Source: Patescibacteria group bacterium
Lineage (GTDB): Bacteria > Patescibacteriota > Microgenomatia > UBA10105 > UBA927
Length of the DNA stretch: 62,950 bases
Direction of reading: 5' to 3'
Assembly: GCA_038063875.1 (NCBI GenBank)
Contig: JBBTUH010000001.1
Location: 1 to 62,950 of the forward strand
The notes below the pieces were generated by a model. The model saw nothing but the letters and a program-made list of their open reading frames with translations, did no database searches and had not been told where the DNA came from. The translations under genes were made by a program, and so were the position numbers. Each line of letters opens with the position of its first letter. The first letter of the stretch is position 1. Positions 41,295-50,187 of this stretch are shown one piece after another.

Positions 41295-43187
41295 TTAATC
41301 AACATTATCAAACATTAAAGGAACAATTTTGTTTGAAAGTCCGGTTGGAATACCACTATCAAGCATAATCTCCCATTCACTATCACTCAGTGGTAAGTTA
41401 TTTTCTCGTTTTGCAATCACTGATGTTATTGCATCAAATTCGCTTTGAGGAAAAATTTTTAATATTGTACCAAGGGGATATATATTAAGGATATCAGAAT
41501 ACTCACTATTTACTTGTAGGTGATTATTTGGAATTCCTAACCAAGGCTCACTGTTAAAAGTACGATCTATTATATGTGACAATATCGATTTCCCTGTCTT
41601 CTGTGATTTTATATCATTTTTAAGATGATCAAATTTCGTTTGACTCAGACCGCCAAATACATTTGTCTTTTGGCTTTTATTTGCCTCTGTTGGGTTTTTA
41701 AAAGTTATTGGTAAAACGTATATATTTTTTCCTGATAGCTTGTAAACTCCGTTGTAACCAAAGTCATTTTGCCGTTCTACATTATTTTGTTGTGAGGTTA
41801 TTGTAATTGCACCTCCAAAACCTGAAGTTGGACTGTTCCAAAGCTCAAATTGATATTGTGGTTGTGTTTCTATTTCTGACATGGTCGGGTTTTCGGTATA
41901 TTTTAGGGCGATTATTGTATTGAGTATTCCATCGTCTACATAGTTTGCAGGGATCTCGGTTGGATTTTGATCTGTCCCACCTTCAACATATTTTACCCAC
42001 CCAAAATTTTCACTAAAGGCATAACGGGTATCATCTTTATCATAGCCATTCAAAATGTCTAAACCAAACTCGGGAGCGGGCGTATGGCCAATTTGTTCAA
42101 GAACGATCTGTTCTTTGGCAGAAGTGTCTTCCAAATCAATCACGGGCTTGCCTTCGGCATCAACTGTATACGGGGCTTTCTGCGCCTCAAGAATAGCTTT
42201 TACGTCATCAGAAACCTTTAACTCTGGCGGCTTGGGGGTAGCAGTAGCCTCAACAGGAATAATAGCCTCGGTCGGTTGGGCAACGATGAGTGCTGCCTGG
42301 ATAACCGCATCTACGCTCATAAGTCCAGGTACGTAAAATGCTTGCAACATAGGTATAGCTGTTGCTGCCGTAGTGTTTGGGATATCGTATAGCGTGTTAT
42401 CTACTTTCATCCATAGGAAACTCGTAATTTTTTTGTCTTTGTTAATATTGACTTCAAAATCGTTACCAGGCATCTCTAGTATGTCACCGTCTTTGGTTAA
42501 TTCGTATAGCTGGCCCGCAGCTTGCTCGCCGTTTGAAGCTATCCTAAAATGCCCCATCAGAAGCACTTTTCCTGTTTTCAAAACGAGCACAGGAGCACCA
42601 TTGATGGAATCCACACCTCTTGCGCTTATGTCAGCTTTACAGACGATAGCATCCAAATTTTCCTTTGTTTCTTGGTTGGCAAACGATATATTTGTGACGC
42701 CACCTGTTGGGACATCGCATGAAGCATTACTAATCGATCCATTCACTAATTTGGCACCGTAGGAATCTACAAGCTCTACTGCGCTCCCTGCTGAAAGATA
42801 AAATGGTGCGTTAGCTTCAGTCGTTTGCACTGCACACGCAGTCCCTAAAGCCAAGGTTGAATTGAGCGTAACCCAGTTTCTCCACGTCATTCTTTTTTTG
42901 AGTGCTATCTCTCCTGCTGCAAACAATCCGCCACCTAAAATCGATGCCGCGACTGCACCCCATGGAACTTCGGGAGCCGATCGTGGCGGTTCCAGACGTG
43001 GTCCGTCAGGGAGAGCTGATACGTGATCTTCTACAGAAAATTGAAAAGGAAGTTTTTTGCCTAATGCTACCTCTTCTACACGAGGTGTGTGGCGATGACT
43101 GCCCGTAAAGACTGAACGGTAAGACGAAGGAATGGATGCATGTTCTGCATGATATTTATTGTGCAATTCGGCATCTTGTATTGCCAT
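41295..43187 (-). CDS. hypothetical single-pass membrane protein (630 aa)
   Basis: Cytoplasmic N-terminus of about 80 aa, TM AVAASILGGGLFAAGEIAL, and a large extracytoplasmic part. The 3' third of the gene is visibly more AT-rich. No family recognised. Confidence 0.6.
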   Translation of the reverse strand: MAIQDAELHNKYHAEHASIPSSYRSVFTGSHRHTPRVEEVALGKKLPFQFSVEDHVSALPDGPRLEPPRSAPEVPWGAVAASILGGGLFAAGEIALKKRMTWRNWVTLNSTLALGTACAVQTTEANAPFYLSAGSAVELVDSYGAKLVNGSISNASCDVPTGGVTNISFANQETKENLDAIVCKADISARGVDSINGAPVLVLKTGKVLLMGHFRIASNGEQAAGQLYELTKDGDILEMPGNDFEVNINKDKKITSFLWMKVDNTLYDIPNTTAATAIPMLQAFYVPGLMSVDAVIQAALIVAQPTEAIIPVEATATPKPPELKVSDDVKAILEAQKAPYTVDAEGKPVIDLEDTSAKEQIVLEQIGHTPAPEFGLDILNGYDKDDTRYAFSENFGWVKYVEGGTDQNPTEIPANYVDDGILNTIIALKYTENPTMSEIETQPQYQFELWNSPTSGFGGAITITSQQNNVERQNDFGYNGVYKLSGKNIYVLPITFKNPTEANKSQKTNVFGGLSQTKFDHLKNDIKSQKTGKSILSHIIDRTFNSEPWLGIPNNHLQVNSEYSDILNIYPLGTILKIFPQSEFDAITSVIAKRENNLPLSDSEWEIMLDSGIPTGLSNKIVPLMFDNVD

Positions 43188-43221
43188 AATTAGCCTATAA
43201 TATATTGAACACAGCTAATTG

Positions 43222-43617
43222 TCAAGGCTGTAATCTCTTTTCTATTGCAATAACTCGAATATCAAGCTTTTCAATATCATCAGTATGCGTAGAGACTCTT
43301 GGGGAAAGAAGTGCTTGCTCTTCTTGATACGTTTTTATGCTTCCTGCAATCTTGTCGACAGTAATCATAATGTTATCTAACGTATCGAGTCTCTTTTGTA
43401 ATGTTCCGAGATTTTTTAAATTCTCTTCATTCTCCTTAAGAATTTTAAATGTGGGCTCTATAAACTTTAGGCTATCTTCGTACGTGACGAGTATATCCAA
43501 CGCTTTTTGATTGCGATCAATCTTTAAAGACAACGCTTGTATATCCTTCTTTTGCAAAATTTGATTTGAGGGGGACGATAGAGGAACTAACTTCTTCATA
43601 CCATGAATATAGCACAC
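43222..43617 (-). CDS. hypothetical coiled-coil protein (about 125-131 aa)
   Basis: Heptad-rich sequence. The start is either 43617 or the internal MKK at 43599. No family recognised. Confidence 0.45.
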   Translation of the reverse strand: MCYIHGMKKLVPLSSPSNQILQKKDIQALSLKIDRNQKALDILVTYEDSLKFIEPTFKILKENEENLKNLGTLQKRLDTLDNIMITVDKIAGSIKTYQEEQALLSPRVSTHTDDIEKLDIRVIAIEKRLQP

Positions 43618-43632
43618 GCATTTGGGTATCCG

Positions 43633-45219
43633 TCAACCTGCAGCTTTGGATGGATGTTTTTTAGCATATTCCTCCCGCGCTTGTCGAATACGTTTGAGTC
43701 TATTTTTCGTACCCCGTACGTGTACCGCTTCTATCAATTTGCGCTGTGTACGTTCCAGAAAGGTTTCAGGCGCTGTTGATGACCGTTTCGTAACAGGCTC
43801 TGGTTCTGCTGATGTCACTTCATCATACGATGAAATACGTGTATAGCCTTCAGGTTTGACGTCTTCTGATCTCCCCAAAGCCAAATTTTCCAACTCTTGT
43901 GTACGTGAGCCAATATCATCTCCATGATAGAAAAAATTACGGGGGTACGTGAGAGGATTTCCAAGATAATCTTTAGCAGGCACATTCATGTCTGCAACCA
44001 TCTGTTCTTCCTTTGTGAAATCATGACCTAGGACAAAATACGGCTCGGCACTTTTATGAGCTCTTACTTTTTCCCGCTCATCTTTCGCCCTACTCATTTC
44101 ATGAGCGATAAACTGTTTTTTCAACGTATCTGATATGGATAATCCAGCATTCTCCATCTTTCGATGCAATTTCGCAGAAAGAATAGTATCATCCATAGCA
44201 TCTTGCATATTCCCTATGAAACTGGCTTCTGTAGCATGCGACAACGATCGTATATGGTCAAGTGCCGTGGCGTCTATATGCGATATCGGAATTCCACCAA
44301 TTAACCCAACATCTTTCTTGCGTAATCTTGAAAGAACTGTTCGTATATGTCGTATATTTTTCCTCAAACGGGTATCTTGTGGAACTGGAGACACCAACTC
44401 CACAATGGGCTGACTTCGTTGATGATCACGAATTCGTGCAAATGCATCTATAATTGTCTGCGGAGAATAATCATTGTTGTATACCGCTCTTCCTGCAAAT
44501 TCTTCGACTTGAAGTTCAAGCCACAAGGAAAGAAGTGTTTTTGCATATGTTTTCTTGTACTGATCTGGTATTTCTTTGTCCCACCCATGGAGCTCACTTG
44601 CCCGACGAATACCCGCCGTAAATACTTCCTCTAACACGATTACTGCAAGTGCCACGCTACCAGAATTTGCTAATCTAATTATATTATTCCAATTATTCAC
44701 TTGTTTTCTGGCGATCTTAGGATCAGCCAACACGGAAACAACTTCTGACAACCGACGAGATGTTTTGATGCCTATTGTATCAGCATAGTTTTGATATATT
44801 TGTTCTTGGAAAAAAGCGAGTTCTGAAGGTAATTTTTTGTACCATGGTATATTTGTTAATTCCATCAAAGACGATGGAGGATACATACCCCAACGTGTAT
44901 CTAGTTTCTTATTCATTCGATTCATTTCTAATGTTTTACGAAAATGTTTAGCCCCAGTTATAATCGCCACTGAACCCAAGGCTATTTCTACGACGGTGAT
45001 ATTGACTCCAGCACGTGCTGCGACGGTTTCAATTTCCTCTCTATGTTTTTTGGCCCACTCTTGCCACTTGGGATTTGAGCGAGGGATAATTTGGGTATCG
45101 ATGACATGAAGGATTCGTTTGCGCCACGCATCAGGGCCGAGGGCTTCGCCGATGCCATACCACACGGTCTTTTTGTTGTCTTGTACTTTATTTCCTGCTG
45201 GACTCTCACGTTCGTGCAT
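43633..45219 (-). CDS. hypothetical protein (528 aa) within the pilus operon
   Basis: Long clean ORF with one or two hydrophobic segments (VVEIALGSVAIITGA, SGSVALAVIVLEEVF) and a basic C-terminus. No family recognised. Confidence 0.6.
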   Translation of the reverse strand: MHERESPAGNKVQDNKKTVWYGIGEALGPDAWRKRILHVIDTQIIPRSNPKWQEWAKKHREEIETVAARAGVNITVVEIALGSVAIITGAKHFRKTLEMNRMNKKLDTRWGMYPPSSLMELTNIPWYKKLPSELAFFQEQIYQNYADTIGIKTSRRLSEVVSVLADPKIARKQVNNWNNIIRLANSGSVALAVIVLEEVFTAGIRRASELHGWDKEIPDQYKKTYAKTLLSLWLELQVEEFAGRAVYNNDYSPQTIIDAFARIRDHQRSQPIVELVSPVPQDTRLRKNIRHIRTVLSRLRKKDVGLIGGIPISHIDATALDHIRSLSHATEASFIGNMQDAMDDTILSAKLHRKMENAGLSISDTLKKQFIAHEMSRAKDEREKVRAHKSAEPYFVLGHDFTKEEQMVADMNVPAKDYLGNPLTYPRNFFYHGDDIGSRTQELENLALGRSEDVKPEGYTRISSYDEVTSAEPEPVTKRSSTAPETFLERTQRKLIEAVHVRGTKNRLKRIRQAREEYAKKHPSKAAG

Positions 45220-45326
45220 GATTATAGTGTAAGAAAATGCAGACTACGAGTAAAGAAGCGCGTCGATTTCAATATGCAACATGCAATGGGGAAAATGGAA
45301 TAACGATAATCGAAATTTGGCGCAGC

Positions 45327-45875
45327 CTACGGCTTATAGTTTCTCAAAGTGATAAACAACTCAAATGGAAACGATGCTTTTTCATACACACGGGCATCCG
45401 CATTCTTTTGCAAAAGAGAAAAGGTCATTTTCACTGTAGTATTCCCGTCGCCGACGATTTTGCAAACAAATGTCAAAGCACTAGCACAAGAAGCACCACT
45501 TAATGTTACCGCATTGCTGGTAAGATACGACACACCGAAAGCACTACTTGATGCAATCCGTAAAACACCGCTGTCACTGACACATCCGAACGTAGTATTT
45601 TGCCCATCAGGGTTAGTAACTTCAAAAGATGATGACGAAGTACCGCCAGTAGCACATGGAGACAGCACAGTACTTGAATTGAGAAGTATACGCGAGGCTA
45701 CCTCGACTGCGTAGTTACCATTTTGTATCACTTCTTGGGTGATCTCGCCTTTGGTACTCGTACGCACAGAAGAAACAAATGACTGGGTTAACACGATTCC
45801 CAACATCGAAAGAATTCCTAGTGATACTACTATTTCTAGTAGCGTAAACCCTTGCACACGTTTGTTCTCTTTCAT
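45327..45875 (-). CDS. pseudopilin with prepilin-type N-terminal cleavage/methylation domain
   Basis: MKENKRVQG|FTLLEIVVSLGILSMLG, i.e. G-1, F+1, E+5. The ORF extends to 45899. Confidence 0.75.
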   Translation of the reverse strand: MKENKRVQGFTLLEIVVSLGILSMLGIVLTQSFVSSVRTSTKGEITQEVIQNGNYAVEVASRILLNSSTVLSPCATGGTSSSSFEVTNPDGQNTTFGCVSDSGVLRIASSSAFGVSYLTSNAVTLSGASCASALTFVCKIVGDGNTTVKMTFSLLQKNADARVYEKASFPFELFITLRNYKP

Positions 45876-45889
45876 AACGAGCATCCTTG

Positions 45890-46342
45890 TTATTTCCAAT
45901 CAGTAAAATAAATCTCAAGCATGGTTGAGTACGCTTTGGATCCAATGTCCCAAGACATCAGCACCTGCACGTTCATTCGCTCACTGACACTGTCCCAAGT
46001 AAATTTAGCAACTCGTTGATATTTTTCGTCAAGAAATGGCGAACACGCACCAACAAAAGCTGTCAAAACGCCATCTTTATCCATGCACCAGCTTCCTGAA
46101 TATAATTGAAAAGATGTCCAATCCGCATTACGAAGCGCCCGTACTATTTCTACACCTTGTTGCGCATACCGCAGTGCTTGATCTTTAGATCCGCTTATTT
46201 GTTGATTCCTAAGACTCACCGTGCTACCAACGACGATACTGGTCACCAACACAACGACTAAACTTATCATCAGCAATATCTCAATGAGGGACTGACCTGA
46301 AGATTTTCGCAATCGAACTTTAAAACGTGTGTTCATACTCAT
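45890..46342 (-). CDS. pseudopilin with prepilin-type N-terminal domain
   Basis: ...RKSSG|QSLIEILLMISLVVVLV with Glu at +5. Confidence 0.65.
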   Translation of the reverse strand: MSMNTRFKVRLRKSSGQSLIEILLMISLVVVLVTSIVVGSTVSLRNQQISGSKDQALRYAQQGVEIVRALRNADWTSFQLYSGSWCMDKDGVLTAFVGACSPFLDEKYQRVAKFTWDSVSERMNVQVLMSWDIGSKAYSTMLEIYFTDWK

Positions 46343-46347
46343 CCGTG

Positions 46348-46827
46348 CTATTGCTCACCAAGATCAATAATTTCTCCGTTTGGATTTATGGCGAGTATAT
46401 ATGAGGCAAGCGAATTAACTAAGATAAGTTGTAACTGACTTGACCTGTCAATCCCAGCCCCCAATACTTTATACAATATTGCACTCGGAATCGGAGAAAA
46501 TGTGACTCCTTTAGGAAGGGTGACCGTAGTTGCGGGCGCATCGGAGGCTACAGGCGTACACGACGCTTGATACGAATAACTTGAACTCGTAAATGAAACG
46601 CTATACCCGTCAAGCTGAGTGCAGGCAATATTTATCGGCTTAGACCCATTTATCGCATGAAATTGCACTGATCGAAGATTGGTTTTTAACGTAAGACTCG
46701 CTTGTTTTAACGTCATTTTGCGATTAAATTTACTATAGCTAGCACCAGAAATAGACAATACGAGAGTTAACGTAGTGATTGCTATAAGAAGCTCAATAAG
46801 AGTAAATCCTTCTGGATGCCGCTTCAT
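46348..46827 (-). CDS. pseudopilin with prepilin-type N-terminal domain
   Basis: MKRHPEG|FTLIELLIAITTLTLVL. Confidence 0.8.
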   Translation of the reverse strand: MKRHPEGFTLIELLIAITTLTLVLSISGASYSKFNRKMTLKQASLTLKTNLRSVQFHAINGSKPINIACTQLDGYSVSFTSSSYSYQASCTPVASDAPATTVTLPKGVTFSPIPSAILYKVLGAGIDRSSQLQLILVNSLASYILAINPNGEIIDLGEQ

Positions 46828-47264
46828 GGATTACTTACTCCCCAATTATACCCGCCATCGGGAACACACGTATTTGTCGGTACAGTCCCTTCTACATTAG
46901 CACTGAGACAATATCCATAATACTTACCATTGACCAGCTGCGTTGCCCGATACCAATACTTTTGTAATTTGTTTGGATCTGTAGGAATTGCAGCCATATA
47001 GCCTACCAACTCAGTTAAGAGAGTTTGTACGTCTACGGCTGTGCACGTTGCTGATACACACCCTGCGTTCGGATACGCTTTACTATCAGCACGATACATC
47101 TCAAAAGCAGAGCGCAATTGCTCTATGTCACTTTTCCGTTTCACATCGCGCGAATTTTTATTGATAGTGGCAAAAGATGCGATACCAATAGTTACTACTA
47201 TACCAATGATCGATATAGAAACGAGAAGCTCAATGAGAGTAAATCCACGCGTGTATGATTTCAT
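46824..47264 (-). CDS. GspG/PulG-like pilin
   Basis: MKSYTRG|FTLIELLVSISIIGIVV followed by ...RDVKRKSDIEQLRSAFEMYRAD, a GspG-like helix. The ORF extends to 47288. Confidence 0.8.
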   Translation of the reverse strand: MKSYTRGFTLIELLVSISIIGIVVTIGIASFATINKNSRDVKRKSDIEQLRSAFEMYRADSKAYPNAGCVSATCTAVDVQTLLTELVGYMAAIPTDPNKLQKYWYRATQLVNGKYYGYCLSANVEGTVPTNTCVPDGGYNWGVSNP

Positions 47265-47968
47265 ACGAATTGTGCCCACCATTGCCAAATAGTAGCGCCA
47301 TAAAGATATGAGATAAGTGCACCAAGTATAAGGAATGGTCCGAATGGCACTTTCGTTTTCATCTTCGCCTTTCCTCCTATCATGAGTATGACACCCACGA
47401 TTGCACCGGTCAAGAAAGCGACATATAGAGAAACGACTATGTTTGGAAAACCAAGTAATAATCCCAACACTCCCACCAATTTCACATCACCAAATCCCAT
47501 GCCTTTTCGTTTCGTGAGGATATAGAGAAAATAAAATCCTATAAATGCACCCAGTGCGCTATAAAAATGCGCAAGCGTTGGGTGCATAGTCAGCGCTACA
47601 AGACCTATCACAACAAGTGTCACATCAGGAATAATAAAGTACTCAAGATCAGCAAGTACTATCACCATGCTCATTGAAAACAATGCCAAAAGCGTCATGT
47701 TCCATCCAATCAATACAAATACACAACCAAAAATCAATTCAATAAGTGGATACCGGAACGATAATTTTTTATGGCAGTGCCTGCATCGCCTTGCCTGCAA
47801 AAAAAAGGAAAAAAGTGGTATAAGCTCATACCACGCAAGTGTTTTTTTACAAAAATCACAATGAGACCGTGTCACCAAGACATCTTCGCCTCGTGGCAAC
47901 CGCTTGGCCAACACATTGCAAAATGACCCCACACAAAGACCTACAAGAAAAAGAAAGAGCATATCCAT
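47261..47968 (-). CDS. pilD: prepilin peptidase (A24 family)
   Basis: N-terminal Cys pairs CDFC...CRHC, multiple TM helices and the catalytic-region motif GFGDVKLVGVLG. Confidence 0.88.
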   Translation of the reverse strand: MDMLFLFLVGLCVGSFCNVLAKRLPRGEDVLVTRSHCDFCKKTLAWYELIPLFSFFLQARRCRHCHKKLSFRYPLIELIFGCVFVLIGWNMTLLALFSMSMVIVLADLEYFIIPDVTLVVIGLVALTMHPTLAHFYSALGAFIGFYFLYILTKRKGMGFGDVKLVGVLGLLLGFPNIVVSLYVAFLTGAIVGVILMIGGKAKMKTKVPFGPFLILGALISYLYGATIWQWWAQFV

Positions 47969-48003
47969 GGCATAAGTATACGTGATTTGTTAGACTACGT
48001 CTC

Positions 48004-50187
48004 GTGAAAAGATTTCTTCCAGACATCATGGCACTTTCCCTACTTTTTTGTCTGGTCCTTATATTTTTTGCACGGTTATTTTATCCTACGTCACAGCTCT
48101 TAGTCACCCCAGACTTTGGGCGCTCAGACGCATGGCACTTTAGCATGCCAACCAAATTTGTTTTATCAGAATCGCTAAAACATGGAGAACTCCCACTATG
48201 GCGATATGACGCAGGTACCGGATTCCCAATTTTTGCAGAAGGGCAGACGGGAGCGCTATTTCTTCCCAATCTCTTGTTGTTTTCATGGCTACCATGGACG
48301 ACCGCGTACAACGTACTTTTGACATTCTCAGTATGTACTCTTGGGGCTGGAATATATTTTCTTCTTCGCATACTCGGCGTCTCTCTAATGGGCACATTCT
48401 TTGGCGCCATCACTATGTCGTTTAGCGGATTGACGATCGCCCAGCTTCCACACATATCACTATTGCAGGGGATGAGTCTGTTACCCTTTATCGTCGGCAC
48501 AGGCATTCTCGCACTTGCCAAAAATACACTTTTTCATTATGCAATAGTAGTACTCCTGATAACCCAACAACTCTTCGTCGGATTTCCTCAAGCGGTATTT
48601 CTCACGATGTGCATACTCTACGCATACGCACTATATCAAACGATGCGTACAAAACAATATATTCGCTTTGTATTCCTGATAATCGCAACGATAACTGGCC
48701 TCATGGGATCAGCCGCACAACTCTTGCCATCGTATGAATTCCTCAAGGCAAGCACCAATCCTACAGGGTTTGATCAGAGTGTGGCCTCCATGTTTTCTAT
48801 GCCACTATCACACCTTCGCTCTTTTATAAACCCGTTTGTATTTGGCAACCCGAAATTCGGCACATATCCACCATTTTATAGATTTGACGATAGTATTTTT
48901 TGGGAAAACACCGCGTACCTCGGTATGTTTCCGCTTTTGTTTGCAGGGTTTTGGTTTATTAAAAACAAAAGCACCGATCGACTTTTTTATAGCGTCCTTA
49001 TTCTTGGATCCATACTTTTGGCATGGGGGAAACATTCACCTCTCTATCTTCTCTACGGCATATGGCCGCTCACACTATTTCGTGCACCATCACGATTCCT
49101 GTGGATTACATCAATAAGCCTTATTCTCGTAGCCTCTACCCAACTTTCCCTCTGGTGGAATCTGTCAAAAAACACTCGTGTGAAAGGACTACTCTTAGCT
49201 ATAGTGTTTTTACAAACCATCGTTTTGATGTCTACATGGTGGTCCTATCATCTATTACTACCCGCCGACACTCTTCTTACCAAGCCACCGCAAGTTCCAG
49301 AAAAATCAGTACGCATAACAACAATAGGCGAACCACTGATACATAATCGTACGTTTACCACGACGGGCTGGTCTAAGCCTGTTGCGTTTGAGTATCTATA
49401 CAGGGGCTTATCACCAGTCTCAAATATGCTCTACAACGCATCTTCTTACGGCATATATGCTGGGCGATTTCTCAAACGACAATCGCTCTACAATGATTTG
49501 CTTACCCAAGAAATACAACTCTCACAAGAAGAGGCGACACTGAGTGCGACGGCGATTTCATTATTTTCTTCAAGCGGTGTACAAGAAGTACATTCATTCA
49601 TATCTATTCATAACGATGCGCTTCTTTTAACCAATACTATTGGTACTACATTTCCTTTGTACATATATAAAAATACGAAGAGTTTGCCACAAGCATATAT
49701 AGCAACAACCGCAACGACTGCCGCAACGCTACGGGGGGCAGAGGCTATTCTTCGTAATCCAGATTTCGCAATCAAAAAATCTGTCCTTCTCTCTGACGTT
49801 GACGGCAATACTACAATAGTCAAAGATGCTATCGCACACATGTCCGAGCGTGACGAGTCTATTCCGATAACTATAACGCGGCCTACGCACACTCGCACCG
49901 TTATCACACTTATGCCCGTAGATACACCAACACTCCTTGTTTTATCTGATACCTTTTATCCCCTATGGAAAGCAACCGTTGATGGAAAGGAAACGGCAAT
50001 TATCCCTGCAAACCTTACCTATCGCGCGGTCGTCGTACCTGCAGGAGGAAAAGAAGTCATCTTTTCATACAAACCACAAAGTGTCATGCGTGGCATACAG
50101 GTATCGATGGGAATTCATGCACTTATAATGATTGCAATAGCGTTTCACTTTTTGATTGTAATATCTCGTATTCGGAAAAAAGTGTAG
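48004..50187 (+). CDS. polytopic membrane protein, YfhO-like GT-C glycosyltransferase
   Basis: 727 aa with at least 12 hydrophobic helices. N-terminal pattern ...SLKHGELPLWRYDAGTGFPIFAEGQTGALFLPNL resembles the YfhO family, and there is a C-terminal soluble domain. Confidence 0.5.
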   Translation: MKRFLPDIMALSLLFCLVLIFFARLFYPTSQLLVTPDFGRSDAWHFSMPTKFVLSESLKHGELPLWRYDAGTGFPIFAEGQTGALFLPNLLLFSWLPWTTAYNVLLTFSVCTLGAGIYFLLRILGVSLMGTFFGAITMSFSGLTIAQLPHISLLQGMSLLPFIVGTGILALAKNTLFHYAIVVLLITQQLFVGFPQAVFLTMCILYAYALYQTMRTKQYIRFVFLIIATITGLMGSAAQLLPSYEFLKASTNPTGFDQSVASMFSMPLSHLRSFINPFVFGNPKFGTYPPFYRFDDSIFWENTAYLGMFPLLFAGFWFIKNKSTDRLFYSVLILGSILLAWGKHSPLYLLYGIWPLTLFRAPSRFLWITSISLILVASTQLSLWWNLSKNTRVKGLLLAIVFLQTIVLMSTWWSYHLLLPADTLLTKPPQVPEKSVRITTIGEPLIHNRTFTTTGWSKPVAFEYLYRGLSPVSNMLYNASSYGIYAGRFLKRQSLYNDLLTQEIQLSQEEATLSATAISLFSSSGVQEVHSFISIHNDALLLTNTIGTTFPLYIYKNTKSLPQAYIATTATTAATLRGAEAILRNPDFAIKKSVLLSDVDGNTTIVKDAIAHMSERDESIPITITRPTHTRTVITLMPVDTPTLLVLSDTFYPLWKATVDGKETAIIPANLTYRAVVVPAGGKEVIFSYKPQSVMRGIQVSMGIHALIMIAIAFHFLIVISRIRKKV

